From contig CALSSD010000005.1 of the NCBI GenBank assembly GCA_943788915.1, forward strand, positions 248,001-312,000: DNA of 64,000 nt. The letters are read 5' to 3'. How positions within the stretch are numbered: the stretch's first letter is position 1; each line of letters starts with the position of its first letter. Position numbers and translations under genes: made by a program. This DNA comes from an uncultured Acidimicrobiales bacterium (GTDB taxonomy: Bacteria > Actinomycetota > Acidimicrobiia > Acidimicrobiales > UBA10347). Below the pieces are notes generated by a model. The model had not been told where the DNA came from, made no database searches, and worked only from the letters and a program-made list of their open reading frames with translations. This document shows, in pieces, positions 51,639-61,666 of this stretch.

Positions 51639-52415
51639 CTATTGCATTGTCCAACCACCGTCGACGGTCACGGTCTGGCCGGTCAGAAAGGTCGATGCGT
51701 CGCTCGACAGCAGTAATAGTGCACCATCGAGTTCTTCGAGGCGGCCAGGGCGACGCATAGGGGTTCGCTTCGTGATGTAGCCGTAACCGCTGCTGTCTTC
51801 GTCCATCATCGAATCGGTCAGCTCTGTCGGGAAGTAACCGGGAGCGATGCAGTTGACCCGAATGTTATGACGAGCCCACTGCCCAGCGAGCTCGCGTGTC
51901 AGCCCAACCAGCCCGGTCTTACTGGCGACATAGGCGGCCTGGTTGTTTGGTGCCGACGACACGAAACTGTGCACCGAGGCGATGTTGATGATCGTCCCCG
52001 GCGCCTGCTGCTCGATCATTGCTGCCGCAGCCGTGCGCGCCAGCAAGAAGCATGCGTTCAGATTGATGTCGATCACGCTCGCGAACACAGCGGCCGACTC
52101 TTCTTCAGCTTTGGTCGGAGCATCGCTCTTACCCGCGTTGTTGATGACCACGTCGAGACGGCCGAACTGTTCGTAGGCCGCGGCAACCAGGGCATTCAGG
52201 TCAGCCTCGTCGGTCACATCGCAGCGCATGGGCACCACACCCGGCGTCGACGACGCCAACGCTTCGAGCCTGTCTAGGCGCCGGGCGGCGGCGATTACTC
52301 GCATGCCGCCTGCGGCCAACGTACGCACCATGTGCTCGCCGATTCCGCTTGATGCGCCGGTCACGATTCCGACCCGGTCGCCGATATCAAAGATCTCTGA
52401 AGCTGTTCGATTCAC
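51639..52415 (-). CDS. SDR oxidoreductase
   Basis: TGASSGIG, NNAG, YVASK, VNCIAPG, VDGG. Confidence 0.93.
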   Translation of the reverse strand: MNRTASEIFDIGDRVGIVTGASSGIGEHMVRTLAAGGMRVIAAARRLDRLEALASSTPGVVPMRCDVTDEADLNALVAAAYEQFGRLDVVINNAGKSDAPTKAEEESAAVFASVIDINLNACFLLARTAAAAMIEQQAPGTIINIASVHSFVSSAPNNQAAYVASKTGLVGLTRELAGQWARHNIRVNCIAPGYFPTELTDSMMDEDSSGYGYITKRTPMRRPGRLEELDGALLLLSSDASTFLTGQTVTVDGGWTMQ

Positions 52416-52471
52416 GGCCCGATTGTACGATTGTCACGGCGACAGAGGAATTCGCGTGCGATGAAACCCAG

Positions 52472-53245
52472 TTAGCTGTTGGACTGCCACCATATATCGA
52501 GGCGGGATTCGGTCGCTTCGATATCGAGGTCTGGTTCGGTTCGTTTCAGCTCAAGTAGGTACTTCAATGCCTTGCCCACCATGGGACCGGGACCAACATC
52601 GAAACGATCCATAACCGCCTGACCATCGAGCAGCGGGCGCTCGGCCTTACGACGATCGGCCGCTGCCAGCTCGAGAATTCGTTCTTCGATGGCATCGACA
52701 TGATGGTGAAGTTCGAGCCGCTTGCGCTGGTTGCGGGTCGTGCAATCACTGCGCACCAATTCGTTCAGCAACCCAAGCAGGTGCCCCGCGTCTCGGGCGT
52801 AACGGCGAACGGCTGAATCACTCCAACCATCGGCATATCCCTTAAAACGGCCGGACAAACGCACAAGCTCGGCAACATCTCGTACGACATCGTCGGGATA
52901 TTCGAGGTGGCGTAAACGTTTCTTCGCCATTTTTGCGCCGACAGCCTCGTGATGGCGGAAGGTGACACCGTGTTCGTCGATCTTGCGGGTTAAGGGTTTG
53001 CCGATGTCGTGAAACAGTGCAGCCAGCCGGAGCACAAGGTCCGCCCGAGTCTTGGCAGTGACGGCAATCGTGTGAGCCAGCACGTCCTTGTGTTTGTGGA
53101 TGGGATCTTGTTCAAGCGCAAGGGCTGGCAGCTCTGGAATAATCTGCTCGGCCTGACCTGAATCGACCAAAGCCCAGAGCGCGTTCAAACAATCGTCATC
53201 GAGCAGCGCGGTGCTCAGGAGATCTCGGGCAATTGCGGCTTCCAT
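52472..53245 (-). CDS. HD-domain protein equal to the C-terminal half of actinobacterial CCA-adding enzyme, without the nucleotidyltransferase head
   Basis: PEL.AL.LEQDPIHKHKDV..HT, LAALFHDIGKP, HHEAVGA, WSDSAVRRY.RDAG, SDCTTRN, RP.LDG..VM, PGP.VG. Confidence 0.8.
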   Translation of the reverse strand: MEAAIARDLLSTALLDDDCLNALWALVDSGQAEQIIPELPALALEQDPIHKHKDVLAHTIAVTAKTRADLVLRLAALFHDIGKPLTRKIDEHGVTFRHHEAVGAKMAKKRLRHLEYPDDVVRDVAELVRLSGRFKGYADGWSDSAVRRYARDAGHLLGLLNELVRSDCTTRNQRKRLELHHHVDAIEERILELAAADRRKAERPLLDGQAVMDRFDVGPGPMVGKALKYLLELKRTEPDLDIEATESRLDIWWQSNS

Positions 53246-53360
53246 CGCCTGACAGTCTGCTCGAACCCAGCACGGTTTGCACCGCACTTTCTATGTTCTG
53301 ATCGCTGGGGTTCTGGCGACACTGCCCATATCGAGTGATAGCACCACTAACCTCGGCGGG

Positions 53361-54527
53361 GTGAAAGCACTGCTGTTCGAGCGTCGCGAGACCCGCTATG
53401 CAGCGGCGATCCTGACTTCCAAACTCTCCCCCGCCGCCGGCGCACTGGTTGCGCCACTGCGTATGGCCGACGTCGACGAGCCGGAACTCCCTGGTCCGGG
53501 ATGGAAACGCATCACCCCGCTGCTCTCCGGAATCTGCGGTAGCGACCTGTCAACGCTGTCGGGACACACGTCTCGTTACTTCGAATCGCTGGTGTCATTC
53601 CCGTTTGTTATGGGTCACGAAGTTGTCGGTCTGACCGAAAACGGCAACCGTGTCGTGATCGATGCGGTGCTTGGCCATGCCGCTAGGGGCGAAGCATTGC
53701 CGTTCGAGGGGGCCCATCCCGCCGATGGTTGCGACCATGGCCACCTGATCGGTGGCCATCTCGAAGCCGGCCTGCAGATAGGGTCGTGCGAAAGCACAAG
53801 CGGTGGCTGGTCCACATCGATGATCGCCCACGAGAGCCAGCTACATGTGGTCCCCGAGACCATGAGTGACGAAGCCGCGGTCATGATCGAGCCCACCGCC
53901 AGTGGCGTTCACGCCGCTTTGCGGGCACACGTGCAAGATGGCCAGACCGTGGTCGTGCTGGGCGCTGGCACGATCGGCCTCACGATTATCGCGGCGCTGC
54001 GGGCCCACACCGGCGCTGGCACAATCGTTGCAACCGCGAAATATCCCGAACAACGCAAACTCGCTTCAGACCTTGGTGCAACCACGGTCGCTGAGCCAGG
54101 CGAGATTCGCCGGGCCGTCCGCCGTATCACTGGCAGTCGTATGGTCGGCACGGTGTTGTCTGGTGGTGCCGACGTTGTGATCGACGCCGTTGGCAGTTCC
54201 GCATCGCTCGAAGACGCCTTCGCCATCACCCGCCCCCGAGGCCGAGTTGTGGTCTGCGGCATGCCGGGTGTCGTCGAGATCGATCTAGCACCGTTGTGGC
54301 ATCGAGAGACCGAGATGGTCGGCGCCTACACCTATGGCACCGAAGAGCTCACCAATGGCACTCGGGCCCACACCTTCACCCTTGCCACCGAACTTGTCGA
54401 GTCTGCACAACTCGATCGGCTTGTCACTGCCACCTATCCCCTGGCGCAGTACAAACAAGCTCTGCGCCATGCGTCGGAATCCGGCCGGCGTGGTGCGGTC
54501 AAGATTGCCTTCGACTTCCGCGACTGA
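53361..54527 (+). CDS. Zinc-binding alcohol dehydrogenase family protein
   Basis: SGICGSDL, GHEVVG, LGAGTIG; TAACCT 7 nt upstream of GTG. Confidence 0.9.
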   Translation: MKALLFERRETRYAAAILTSKLSPAAGALVAPLRMADVDEPELPGPGWKRITPLLSGICGSDLSTLSGHTSRYFESLVSFPFVMGHEVVGLTENGNRVVIDAVLGHAARGEALPFEGAHPADGCDHGHLIGGHLEAGLQIGSCESTSGGWSTSMIAHESQLHVVPETMSDEAAVMIEPTASGVHAALRAHVQDGQTVVVLGAGTIGLTIIAALRAHTGAGTIVATAKYPEQRKLASDLGATTVAEPGEIRRAVRRITGSRMVGTVLSGGADVVIDAVGSSASLEDAFAITRPRGRVVVCGMPGVVEIDLAPLWHRETEMVGAYTYGTEELTNGTRAHTFTLATELVESAQLDRLVTATYPLAQYKQALRHASESGRRGAVKIAFDFRD

Positions 54528-54807
54528 CGTCATCACCTGCCGGACGGCCCGGATAGCCACCGGTGGGGTGAAGCCTCGGGAATATGTTTGCAGGTAGCGA
54601 TGAGCGCTCACACTCGGTTCGTGGCCACTACCGGAACAGCAGTAGCGAAGCGCAAGCCACGTCAACCGTTGGTAGTCGACGGCCACCGCATCATGGTTGG
54701 GGACGAGCCCTCGTCGATTCGTTTCGAAGCAGAAACTGCTGGTCGTTGTTTCCGCCTCTGCCCCTAGTTGGGCTTCTGCCTTTGGCAATAACCGTCCGGC
54801 ACCCGGC

Positions 54808-55183
54808 TCATCCTCGGATGTTGACTTCGACCCGCACACCGTTGGGGTCGTCGACGAAGATCTGCTCTAACGAGATCTCGGGTCGTTCGCTCGTTCGGTA
54901 CACCAGGCCCCGATCGTCAAGCATCGCGCACATACCAGCAAAATCACTCCCTTCGAAGGCAATGTGGTTGAACGCACTCCGTTGACCGAAATCGGTCATC
55001 TTCGTCAATGAAGTTCAGGTGCACGACCGCGGTGTCACCAAGGAACAGCCAGGCACCGGGAAACCCGAAATCGGGTCGATCCTGGGGGCGATTCTCGAGC
55101 CCCAACACGTCTTCGTAGAAGGCGACCGTTTCGTCGGGTTTGGACGTGTCGATATTGATGTGGTCGAGGCCAGTGATTCCCAT
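54808..55183 (-). CDS. VOC/glyoxalase family protein, frameshift near 54990
   Basis: GLDHINI, RPDFGFPGAWL, NHIAF, QIFVDDPNGVRVE. Confidence 0.85.
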
Positions 55184-55232
55184 GAGATGATCGTAGGTCA
55201 GCACGATCTACCCACGCACCAGAGGGCCACCC

Positions 55233-56090
55233 TCAAAATGAAGATAAGCCCGGCATATGAAGCTTCGGCCTCGCGACCACCGCTTTACTACAGGCGCCAA
55301 CCAGATGTGCAGCCCCCGTGCCCCGATCGACATTCAGATTGATGCCGTTCACATAACTTGCTGTTCGATTGTCAGCCAGAAACAAAAGGGCTCCGACCAT
55401 CTCTGCAGGTTCGGCTGCTCGACCCGCAAGCGCAATCGCCCGATCAATGACATCGTCGCCGACGCCCCGACGGAAGTCTTGAGATAGCTGGGTGTTGGTC
55501 ACGCCTGGGCACAGGCTGTTCATACGCACGTCGCGCTCAGGTAACAGCTGAAGCGCCCGCCACATCGTGTAGAACTGCACGGCCTGCTTGGAGAAGCTGT
55601 AGCCGTCGCCAATAATGTCGCCGTTCGTGTCGACCCAGGCGCTGCCCGACTCAAACGTGTCAGCGCCCATAAGCATTCGGTGGTGTTCAACGTTGTCTGC
55701 CCACCCCCGACCGGCGGTAGACGCAACGTGTGTGATCGAACCGCCTGCAGGGATCCGCGGTAGGAGCGCCTCGGTGAGATGGCGCAGCCCAAGCCAGTTG
55801 ATGGCCATTACTTCAGGGGCCGTGAACCGGCCCCCGTTGGGAACACCGGCGCAGTTCATCAACCAGTCCACTCGCCCCGGCATCAACTCGAGCGCGAGGT
55901 CGATCGATGCCTTGTCGCCAAGATCACATTGCACCGCCTGAGCGACCGGCGCGGTGACCGCCGCAACGTCGAGTGTGTAGACCGAAGCGTTCGCTGCAAT
56001 CAGGCTGTCTACGAGCGCGGCCCCAATCCCCGAAGCTGCGCCGGTTACAACAACCGTGTGATCCGACAAGTCCTGCCATGTGCCCTGCAT
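55233..56090 (-). CDS. SDR oxidoreductase (coniferyl-alcohol dehydrogenase/3alpha-HSD-like)
   Basis: VVTGAASGIG, NCAGV, YSFSK, SYVNG..LNVD; true 3' end uncertain. Confidence 0.85.
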   Translation of the reverse strand: MQGTWQDLSDHTVVVTGAASGIGAALVDSLIAANASVYTLDVAAVTAPVAQAVQCDLGDKASIDLALELMPGRVDWLMNCAGVPNGGRFTAPEVMAINWLGLRHLTEALLPRIPAGGSITHVASTAGRGWADNVEHHRMLMGADTFESGSAWVDTNGDIIGDGYSFSKQAVQFYTMWRALQLLPERDVRMNSLCPGVTNTQLSQDFRRGVGDDVIDRAIALAGRAAEPAEMVGALLFLADNRTASYVNGINLNVDRGTGAAHLVGACSKAVVARPKLHMPGLSSF

Positions 56091-56196
56091 GCCGCCAACC
56101 CTAATGACTAACTCGCTGTAGACGGCTTTCGTCCCCGACCGCTCGTGATGGTCACTGCCCACACATAGACGTCGCTCGATCGCGTAGCGTCTCTCT

Positions 56197-57669
56197 ATGG
56201 ACCCTTCGGCACTGTCGGCACGTGAAGCGCTCGATCTCATGGCCCGAGGTGAACTCTCGGCCGTGGAACTAACCACCGCCTGCATCGACCAGATCAACCG
56301 GATCGACCCAGTGGTCAACGCCATGGTCATCCGCAACGACGAAAAGGCACTCGCGAGTGCCGCACGTGCCGACCAGGCCCGTGCGCACGGTGAGATCGTG
56401 GGAGCGTTACATGGGCTGCCGGTTGCGATCAAGGATCTACACCCGACTGCCGACATGCCAACGACCTATGGCAGTCCCGACTTCGCCAACCACCAGCCGA
56501 GTGAAGACGCTGGCATCGTGACCCGCATCAAGGCTGCGGGCGGCATACCAATCGGTAAGACGAACATTCCCGAACGCAGCATTGGCGCCAACACCGTCAA
56601 TCCGCTCTTTGGGGCAACAGGCAACCCCTTCGACCCAACGCTCACTTGTGGCGGTTCCTCGGGCGGTTCCGGCGTTGCCCTTGCCACCAACATGGCCCCG
56701 CTCGCGACAGGCTCCGACCATGGTGGAAGTGTCCGCATACCCGCGTGTTACTCGGGCGTGGTTGGCCACCGAGCAACACCCGGGGTTGTGCCCCATGAGC
56801 TTCGTTCCATGGTGCAGACCTTCTACAGCGTGCAAGGCCCTATGGCCCGCACCGTCGAAGACACCGCACTGCTGCTGTCCGTTATTGCCGACCGCGACAC
56901 CGGAAACCGGCCGCATGACCCAATGATGTTCCCGCTCGCCGTGGAACCGTTCAGCCAGCTCGAAACGATCGACCCTCGGACCTTACGAATTGCCGTGACC
57001 GAAGATCTGGGTGGCGTGTTGGTGTCGGAAGAGATACGGCAGACGTTCCGACAGCGGGTCGACATGCTCAGCGATGTGGTGGCCGTATGTGATGCCCACC
57101 CCATCGACCTGCGCCGCGCGCCCGACGTCGATTGGAAGGTGCGAGCCGACATCTTCGTCGCCCAGTACCACCAAGAGGCAGCGAACTGGTCGCAGGACTT
57201 CAACCCAAACATCCAGGCGTCGTACAACGCTGCGCTACAGATGCCGATGTTCGATATTGCGGTGGCCCGCCAGGTGCAAATGGAGCTCAACCAGCAGTTC
57301 CAGCGGATCTTCGACGACTACGACATCTTGTTGTGCCCCGGCGTGAGCGTGCCCCCGTTCCCGTGGACAGACCGCAACCCCACCCACGTCGACGGCAAAC
57401 CCGTCGACAACTACATGGCGTGGCTTGCGTTAACCGCGTCGCTCACCGTCGTTGGCCATCCGGTGACAGCACTGCCGTGTGGACTCGACGCGCAGGGCAC
57501 GCCGTTCGGTGTGCAGGTCGTGGGACCGATGTACCGCGACCACCGTTTGCTCAGCGTTGCCGCCGCGCTCGAAACCGTCTTTGCCTCCAGCCCCGACACC
57601 GCTCGACCAACACCCGACTTCGACTGGCTCACCCAACAGACCCCAAACTGTCGCGCCGCCAAGATGTGA
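56197..57669 (+). CDS. Amidase signature family enzyme
   Basis: HGLPVAIKDL, GGSSGGS, GSDHGGSVRIPA. Confidence 0.93.
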   Translation: MDPSALSAREALDLMARGELSAVELTTACIDQINRIDPVVNAMVIRNDEKALASAARADQARAHGEIVGALHGLPVAIKDLHPTADMPTTYGSPDFANHQPSEDAGIVTRIKAAGGIPIGKTNIPERSIGANTVNPLFGATGNPFDPTLTCGGSSGGSGVALATNMAPLATGSDHGGSVRIPACYSGVVGHRATPGVVPHELRSMVQTFYSVQGPMARTVEDTALLLSVIADRDTGNRPHDPMMFPLAVEPFSQLETIDPRTLRIAVTEDLGGVLVSEEIRQTFRQRVDMLSDVVAVCDAHPIDLRRAPDVDWKVRADIFVAQYHQEAANWSQDFNPNIQASYNAALQMPMFDIAVARQVQMELNQQFQRIFDDYDILLCPGVSVPPFPWTDRNPTHVDGKPVDNYMAWLALTASLTVVGHPVTALPCGLDAQGTPFGVQVVGPMYRDHRLLSVAAALETVFASSPDTARPTPDFDWLTQQTPNCRAAKM

Positions 57670-57752
57670 CGTTTCTGAATCGATTGATCGAAATCGTCGT
57701 CCGATCGGTGCAGAACGTCTGAGGGTGGGCTCAGAGATACGCTTCCGCTGGT

Positions 57753-58478
57753 ATGGAACTGCTTGATCCCACCGATGTCCCCGAACGAGTGCTGGTGGTG
57801 GTGGCACACCCCGACGACATCGACTTCGGTATTGCTGGCACCGCTGCCGTGTTGACCGCAGCTGGCAGCCAGGTGACCTACGCGCTGCTCACGAGCGGCG
57901 AGGCTGGCATCCCTGATGACATGGATCGAGGCGAACTGGCCGCCATGCGTGAACGCGAGCAACGAGCCGCAGCAGCGGTGGTTGGCGTCACCGACGTGCG
58001 TTTCCTTGGCCAGCCCGACGGCCATCTCGAAGCGAACCTGGAACTGCGCAAGGTCATCAGCCGGGTCATCCGCCAGGTCAAACCAGATGTCGTGATCACA
58101 CAAAGCCCCGAACGTCGATACGAACGTATCTTCGCCTCCCATCCTGACCACCTCGCGTGTGGCGAGGCCACAATCTCAGCGATTTACCCCGACGCCCGCA
58201 ACCCCCACGCGCACGTTGATCTGCTGACGGAAGGCCACGACCCACACTCGGTGGAGTGGGTCTGGATCGTGCAAGGACGCGACCCGAACCTGTCGGTCAA
58301 CATCACCGACGTCATGGACAAGAAGGTGGCAGCACTCTCAAGCCACACCAGCCAGGTCGAATGGATCGACGACATCGACAGCTTGCTGCGCGATTGGGCG
58401 GCAATGACCGCCGATCGACTCGGCGTTGCCGATCAGGCGCAGTACATCGAAGCCTTCACCAAGGTCCAGACCCACTAA
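57753..58478 (+). CDS. PIG-L family deacetylase
   Basis: AHPDDI, TSGEAG, REREQ, HPDH, HTSQ. Confidence 0.92.
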   Translation: MELLDPTDVPERVLVVVAHPDDIDFGIAGTAAVLTAAGSQVTYALLTSGEAGIPDDMDRGELAAMREREQRAAAAVVGVTDVRFLGQPDGHLEANLELRKVISRVIRQVKPDVVITQSPERRYERIFASHPDHLACGEATISAIYPDARNPHAHVDLLTEGHDPHSVEWVWIVQGRDPNLSVNITDVMDKKVAALSSHTSQVEWIDDIDSLLRDWAAMTADRLGVADQAQYIEAFTKVQTH

Positions 58479-58503
58479 TCCCTGCACCAAGTAACCTGAC
58501 CGG

Positions 58504-58881
58504 GTGAGTCTTGGTGGTTTTGCAGCAATAGTCGCCGGCATCGTCGCAGTAGTGGCGATCGCCTACGTGTGGTCCCAGATGATGTCGAATCCCGGCACCA
58601 TGAGCGACGGCAGCGTCGGCGCCGTCATGGACGGCGGCGAGGACGTTCGGCGTATCGACCTGGGAACACACACCTATGTGGCGCAGCAGGCCGAGGAGCA
58701 GCTCACGGCCGAAGGTCTGACCTGCCGCACGGTCTCGCTGGAACAGGGTGCATTTGGCATCGGTCTCGGCGACCACCACTATCTGGTCTACAACGCCAAG
58801 GACGAGGACCGAGTCCGGATTGTCGTCGATGAACTTCTGGCCGACGCGAACCTTTCGTTCGACGACCTCGGCGACGCATGA
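58504..58881 (+). CDS. Small membrane-anchored hypothetical protein (DUF2007-like soluble domain)
   Basis: N-terminal hydrophobic helix; ATGA overlap with the next gene. Confidence 0.6.
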   Translation: MSLGGFAAIVAGIVAVVAIAYVWSQMMSNPGTMSDGSVGAVMDGGEDVRRIDLGTHTYVAQQAEEQLTAEGLTCRTVSLEQGAFGIGLGDHHYLVYNAKDEDRVRIVVDELLADANLSFDDLGDA

Positions 58882-59558
58882 TCGTCTTCGTCGATTTCGA
58901 ACACGCCGACCGCTACAAAGACGGCGGTGGGTCCAACATTCAGGCGGCCCGCACCTGGATTAGTTATCGACTCGAGGACCTGTCCGGCATGCCGTGCCTG
59001 CTTGTGCGGTGGGATCGAATCACGCACGACCTGCTCACTCGGCTCGACGTCAAGGCCATCTTCATAAGCGGCAACGGCTCCGACCCATCGCTCTACGAGC
59101 CTGCCGACCTGGAACCGCTCTACGACATCATCCGGAATTCCGGCCTGCCCATCTTCGGGTTCTGCGGCGGCTTCCAGTGTTTCTCTCAAGCCCTTGGTGC
59201 CGAGTTGAAGCTGCTCGACATCGATCCAGATGCCGAGGAGACCGACATCTTGAAGAAGTGGCCAAATGGATACTTCGGCGAAGTCGGCTACAACCCGATC
59301 GAGATGCTCGGCGATCATCCGCTACTCGACGGCCTCGGTCCCAATCCTGTCTTCCGCCATGCACATGGGCTGCACGTGCCGGAAGCACCAGCTGGTTTCC
59401 AGGTCCTGGCCCGTACCGCAGTGACACCGGTACAACTTGCCATCAACGACGAACGCCGCATGATCGGCACCCAGTTTCATCCCGAGTATTGGACTGATGA
59501 ACATCCCGCGGGCAAGACGCTGATCACCAACTTCATGCAATGGGCCGACCTGATCTGA
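58878..59558 (+). CDS. Class I glutamine amidotransferase-like protein
   Basis: PIFGFCGGFQ nucleophile Cys and TQFHPE. Confidence 0.88.
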   Translation: MIVFVDFEHADRYKDGGGSNIQAARTWISYRLEDLSGMPCLLVRWDRITHDLLTRLDVKAIFISGNGSDPSLYEPADLEPLYDIIRNSGLPIFGFCGGFQCFSQALGAELKLLDIDPDAEETDILKKWPNGYFGEVGYNPIEMLGDHPLLDGLGPNPVFRHAHGLHVPEAPAGFQVLARTAVTPVQLAINDERRMIGTQFHPEYWTDEHPAGKTLITNFMQWADLI

Positions 59559-59604
59559 CCTGACCGCGTGTCGTGGGCATTGCGATGCGCACCGATGGTG
59601 GGGT

Positions 59605-60003
59605 CTAGCCCGAGATGAGGTCAAAGCCTTCGTCGAGCCAGCCGGTCACGCCACCGATCATCTTCTTCACCGGTCGGCCAAGGTGTGCGAGTCGCAGCGC
59701 AGCCTTATCGGCACCGTTGCAGTGGGGTCCCGCGCAATACACCACAAACACGGTGTCGCTTGGGTACTCGGCAAGTGCGTCCTCGCTGATGCTGCTGCGG
59801 GGCAGGCTCACGGCGCCTTCTGCGTGGCCTGCGGTGAACGCTGCACTGCTTCGAACATCGAGCAGCACGAAGTCCGGAGTGCTTGTGGCTAACGATGCAT
59901 GCACGTCCCAGCAGTCCGTCTCGAACGAGAGGAGGCCGGCAAAGTGGGCCATAGCGTCGACGGCGGCTGCGGCGGGGGTTTCGGTAACAGCGGTGTGTGA
60001 CAT
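59605..60003 (-). CDS. Rhodanese-like protein
   Basis: ETDCWDV, LLDVR, VVYCAGPHCNGA, GGVTGW. Confidence 0.9.
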   Translation of the reverse strand: MSHTAVTETPAAAAVDAMAHFAGLLSFETDCWDVHASLATSTPDFVLLDVRSSAAFTAGHAEGAVSLPRSSISEDALAEYPSDTVFVVYCAGPHCNGADKAALRLAHLGRPVKKMIGGVTGWLDEGFDLISG

Positions 60004-60070
60004 GGCTCTAGCTTGCCAAGATTCCCCGACGGCTGCGAATGGCAGGAATGCAAGTGTTTCATCGTCGTCG

Positions 60071-60706
60071 CTACGGAGCGATGCGTTCAATATGCCAGCT
60101 ACTGTCGCGGTAGACGTACCGCAGGCGGTCGTGCAGTCGGCTTGGGCGCCCCTGCCAGAACTCGAACATCACCGGAGCAACTCGGTACCCGCCCCAGAAT
60201 GGCGGGCGAGTGATATCGCCATCGCCGAAACGGGCTTGTACGTCGACGACTGCCTTTTCGAGCACCGACGGGTCGGCAATCAGGTCGCTCTGGGGCGATG
60301 CCCATGCACCGAGCTGGCTTCCTCGCGGACGAGACGCGAAGTATGCATCACTTTCCTCTGGGGACACGCGGGTGACCGTGCCCACGATCCTGATCTGGCG
60401 ATGCATGGTGAGCCAGCTGAACAACAGGGTGGCTTTGCCCGCTGATTCGAGTTCGGCGGCCTTGGCGCTCTCGTAGTTGGTGTAGAAGGCGAACCCGCGA
60501 TCATCGACACCCTTGGCGAGCACATTACGAGCATGAGGCCAGCCGCCTTCGTCGACGGTGGCCACGACCATTGCATTCGGTTCATGGACCTCGTTCTCGA
60601 CCGCAGCATCGAACCACAACTTCCATTGCTCGATCGGGTTGGCATGCATCGACGCTGCGTCGATCGTGCCCACGTCGTAGTGCAGTCTGAAGTCACCCAG
60701 GTCCAT
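60071..60706 (-). CDS. pdxH: Pyridoxamine 5'-phosphate oxidase
   Basis: EPNAM..AT, FYTNYESAK, SRPRGSQLGAWAS, EFWQGRPSRLHDR. Confidence 0.96.
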   Translation of the reverse strand: MDLGDFRLHYDVGTIDAASMHANPIEQWKLWFDAAVENEVHEPNAMVVATVDEGGWPHARNVLAKGVDDRGFAFYTNYESAKAAELESAGKATLLFSWLTMHRQIRIVGTVTRVSPEESDAYFASRPRGSQLGAWASPQSDLIADPSVLEKAVVDVQARFGDGDITRPPFWGGYRVAPVMFEFWQGRPSRLHDRLRYVYRDSSWHIERIAP

Positions 60707-60761
60707 TACGACAGTCAACCATCACCTAACCTGCACCTGTGCACCAACTCGGCGATTCCTG

Positions 60762-61325
60762 ATGTTGCGCACCGGGTATGACCGTCTCACGTTTGTTGCG
60801 ATCGGTATAGGGGGTGTGTTTGGTGCGGGGCTTCGGTGGGCGATTAGCCGTTCGGGCGAACCGACTGATTTCGACGGTGGCTGGTTTACGTACACACCGA
60901 ACACCTCGGTGACTGTTGGCGCAAACGTGTCGAGTTTTGAGCCGGTGCGGTCGAGCCAAACCATTGCCACCGCGACTGGCATCCCGGTTGACACGCTGAT
61001 CGTCAATACGCTCGGTTGCCTCCTTCTTGGCCTCTTCACTGTGCTGCTCCTCAGATCCACCGGCTCGAAGCGGCGGTTGGTCGTGGGGGCCGCCACTGGT
61101 TTCTGCGGAAGTTTGACCACGTTCTCAACCTTTGCGGTCGACACCGCGGTTCTGCTGCGTGGCCGTCCGATCTTGCCGGTCGAATTCGAAGGTCTCAACG
61201 TCGATATCCAGAGAGCCGCTGCCGACTGCCATTGTGTACGTGCTGTTGAGCCTTACGGCGGGGGCAGCGGCCTTCTGGTTAGGCCGTGCGATCGCCAAAC
61301 GAGTTGTCCTGGCGAGGCGGTATGA
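60762..61325 (+). CDS. crcB: Fluoride channel Fluc/CrcB subunit 1 (compensating frameshifts near 61215 and 61307)
   Basis: GGVFGAGLRW, TLIVNTLGCLLLG, TGFCGSLTTFSTF; TM4 (IVYVLLSLTAG) lies in the shifted frame. Confidence 0.85.
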   Translation: MLRTGYDRLTFVAIGIGGVFGAGLRWAISRSGEPTDFDGGWFTYTPNTSVTVGANVSSFEPVRSSQTIATATGIPVDTLIVNTLGCLLLGLFTVLLLRSTGSKRRLVVGAATGFCGSLTTFSTFAVDTAVLLRGRPILPVEFEGLNVDIQRAAADCHCVRAVEPYGGGSGLLVRPCDRQTSCPGEAV

Positions 61326-61665
61326 CGGTGGTTGCCTTCGTGGTTGTTGCCGCATGTTTCACCGTTGGTACGTGCCGTTGCTGACAGCAGGACAACCTCA
61401 AAGTGCGATCCCGTGGCGCACGTTGGCGGTGAATACCGTGGGTGCATTCCTGCTCGGACTAGTCATAACAAGTCAATGGTGGGACGATCCAATAGTGGCG
61501 ACAACTGCTGGTTTGGGCTCACTCACGACCTTCTCTACCGTCGCTGCCGAAACAGCTTCTCTGCTCGATAATGGTCGCAAAGGCCGCGCCATCGCCTACG
61601 TTGGAATGACCTTGGTAGTCGGTAGTGCGGCTGCCTGGTTCGGACTCACTCTTGGAGATAGCTGA
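61322..61665 (+). CDS. crcB: Fluoride channel Fluc/CrcB subunit 2 (frameshifted near 61365-61376)
   Basis: ATGA overlap; PWRTLAVNTVGAFLLG, GLGSLTTFST. Confidence 0.85.
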
Positions 61666-61666
61666 C

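Noticed and set aside
54528..54807. ncRNA or gene in the 280-bp gap between convergent genes
   Set aside because: No recognisable RNA family, stable repeat or protein motif by eye.
60707..60762. Fluoride riboswitch upstream of crcB
   Set aside because: Only about 55 bp shared with the divergent pdxH; no recognisable GGCGATGG...GCTGATGAC-type aptamer.
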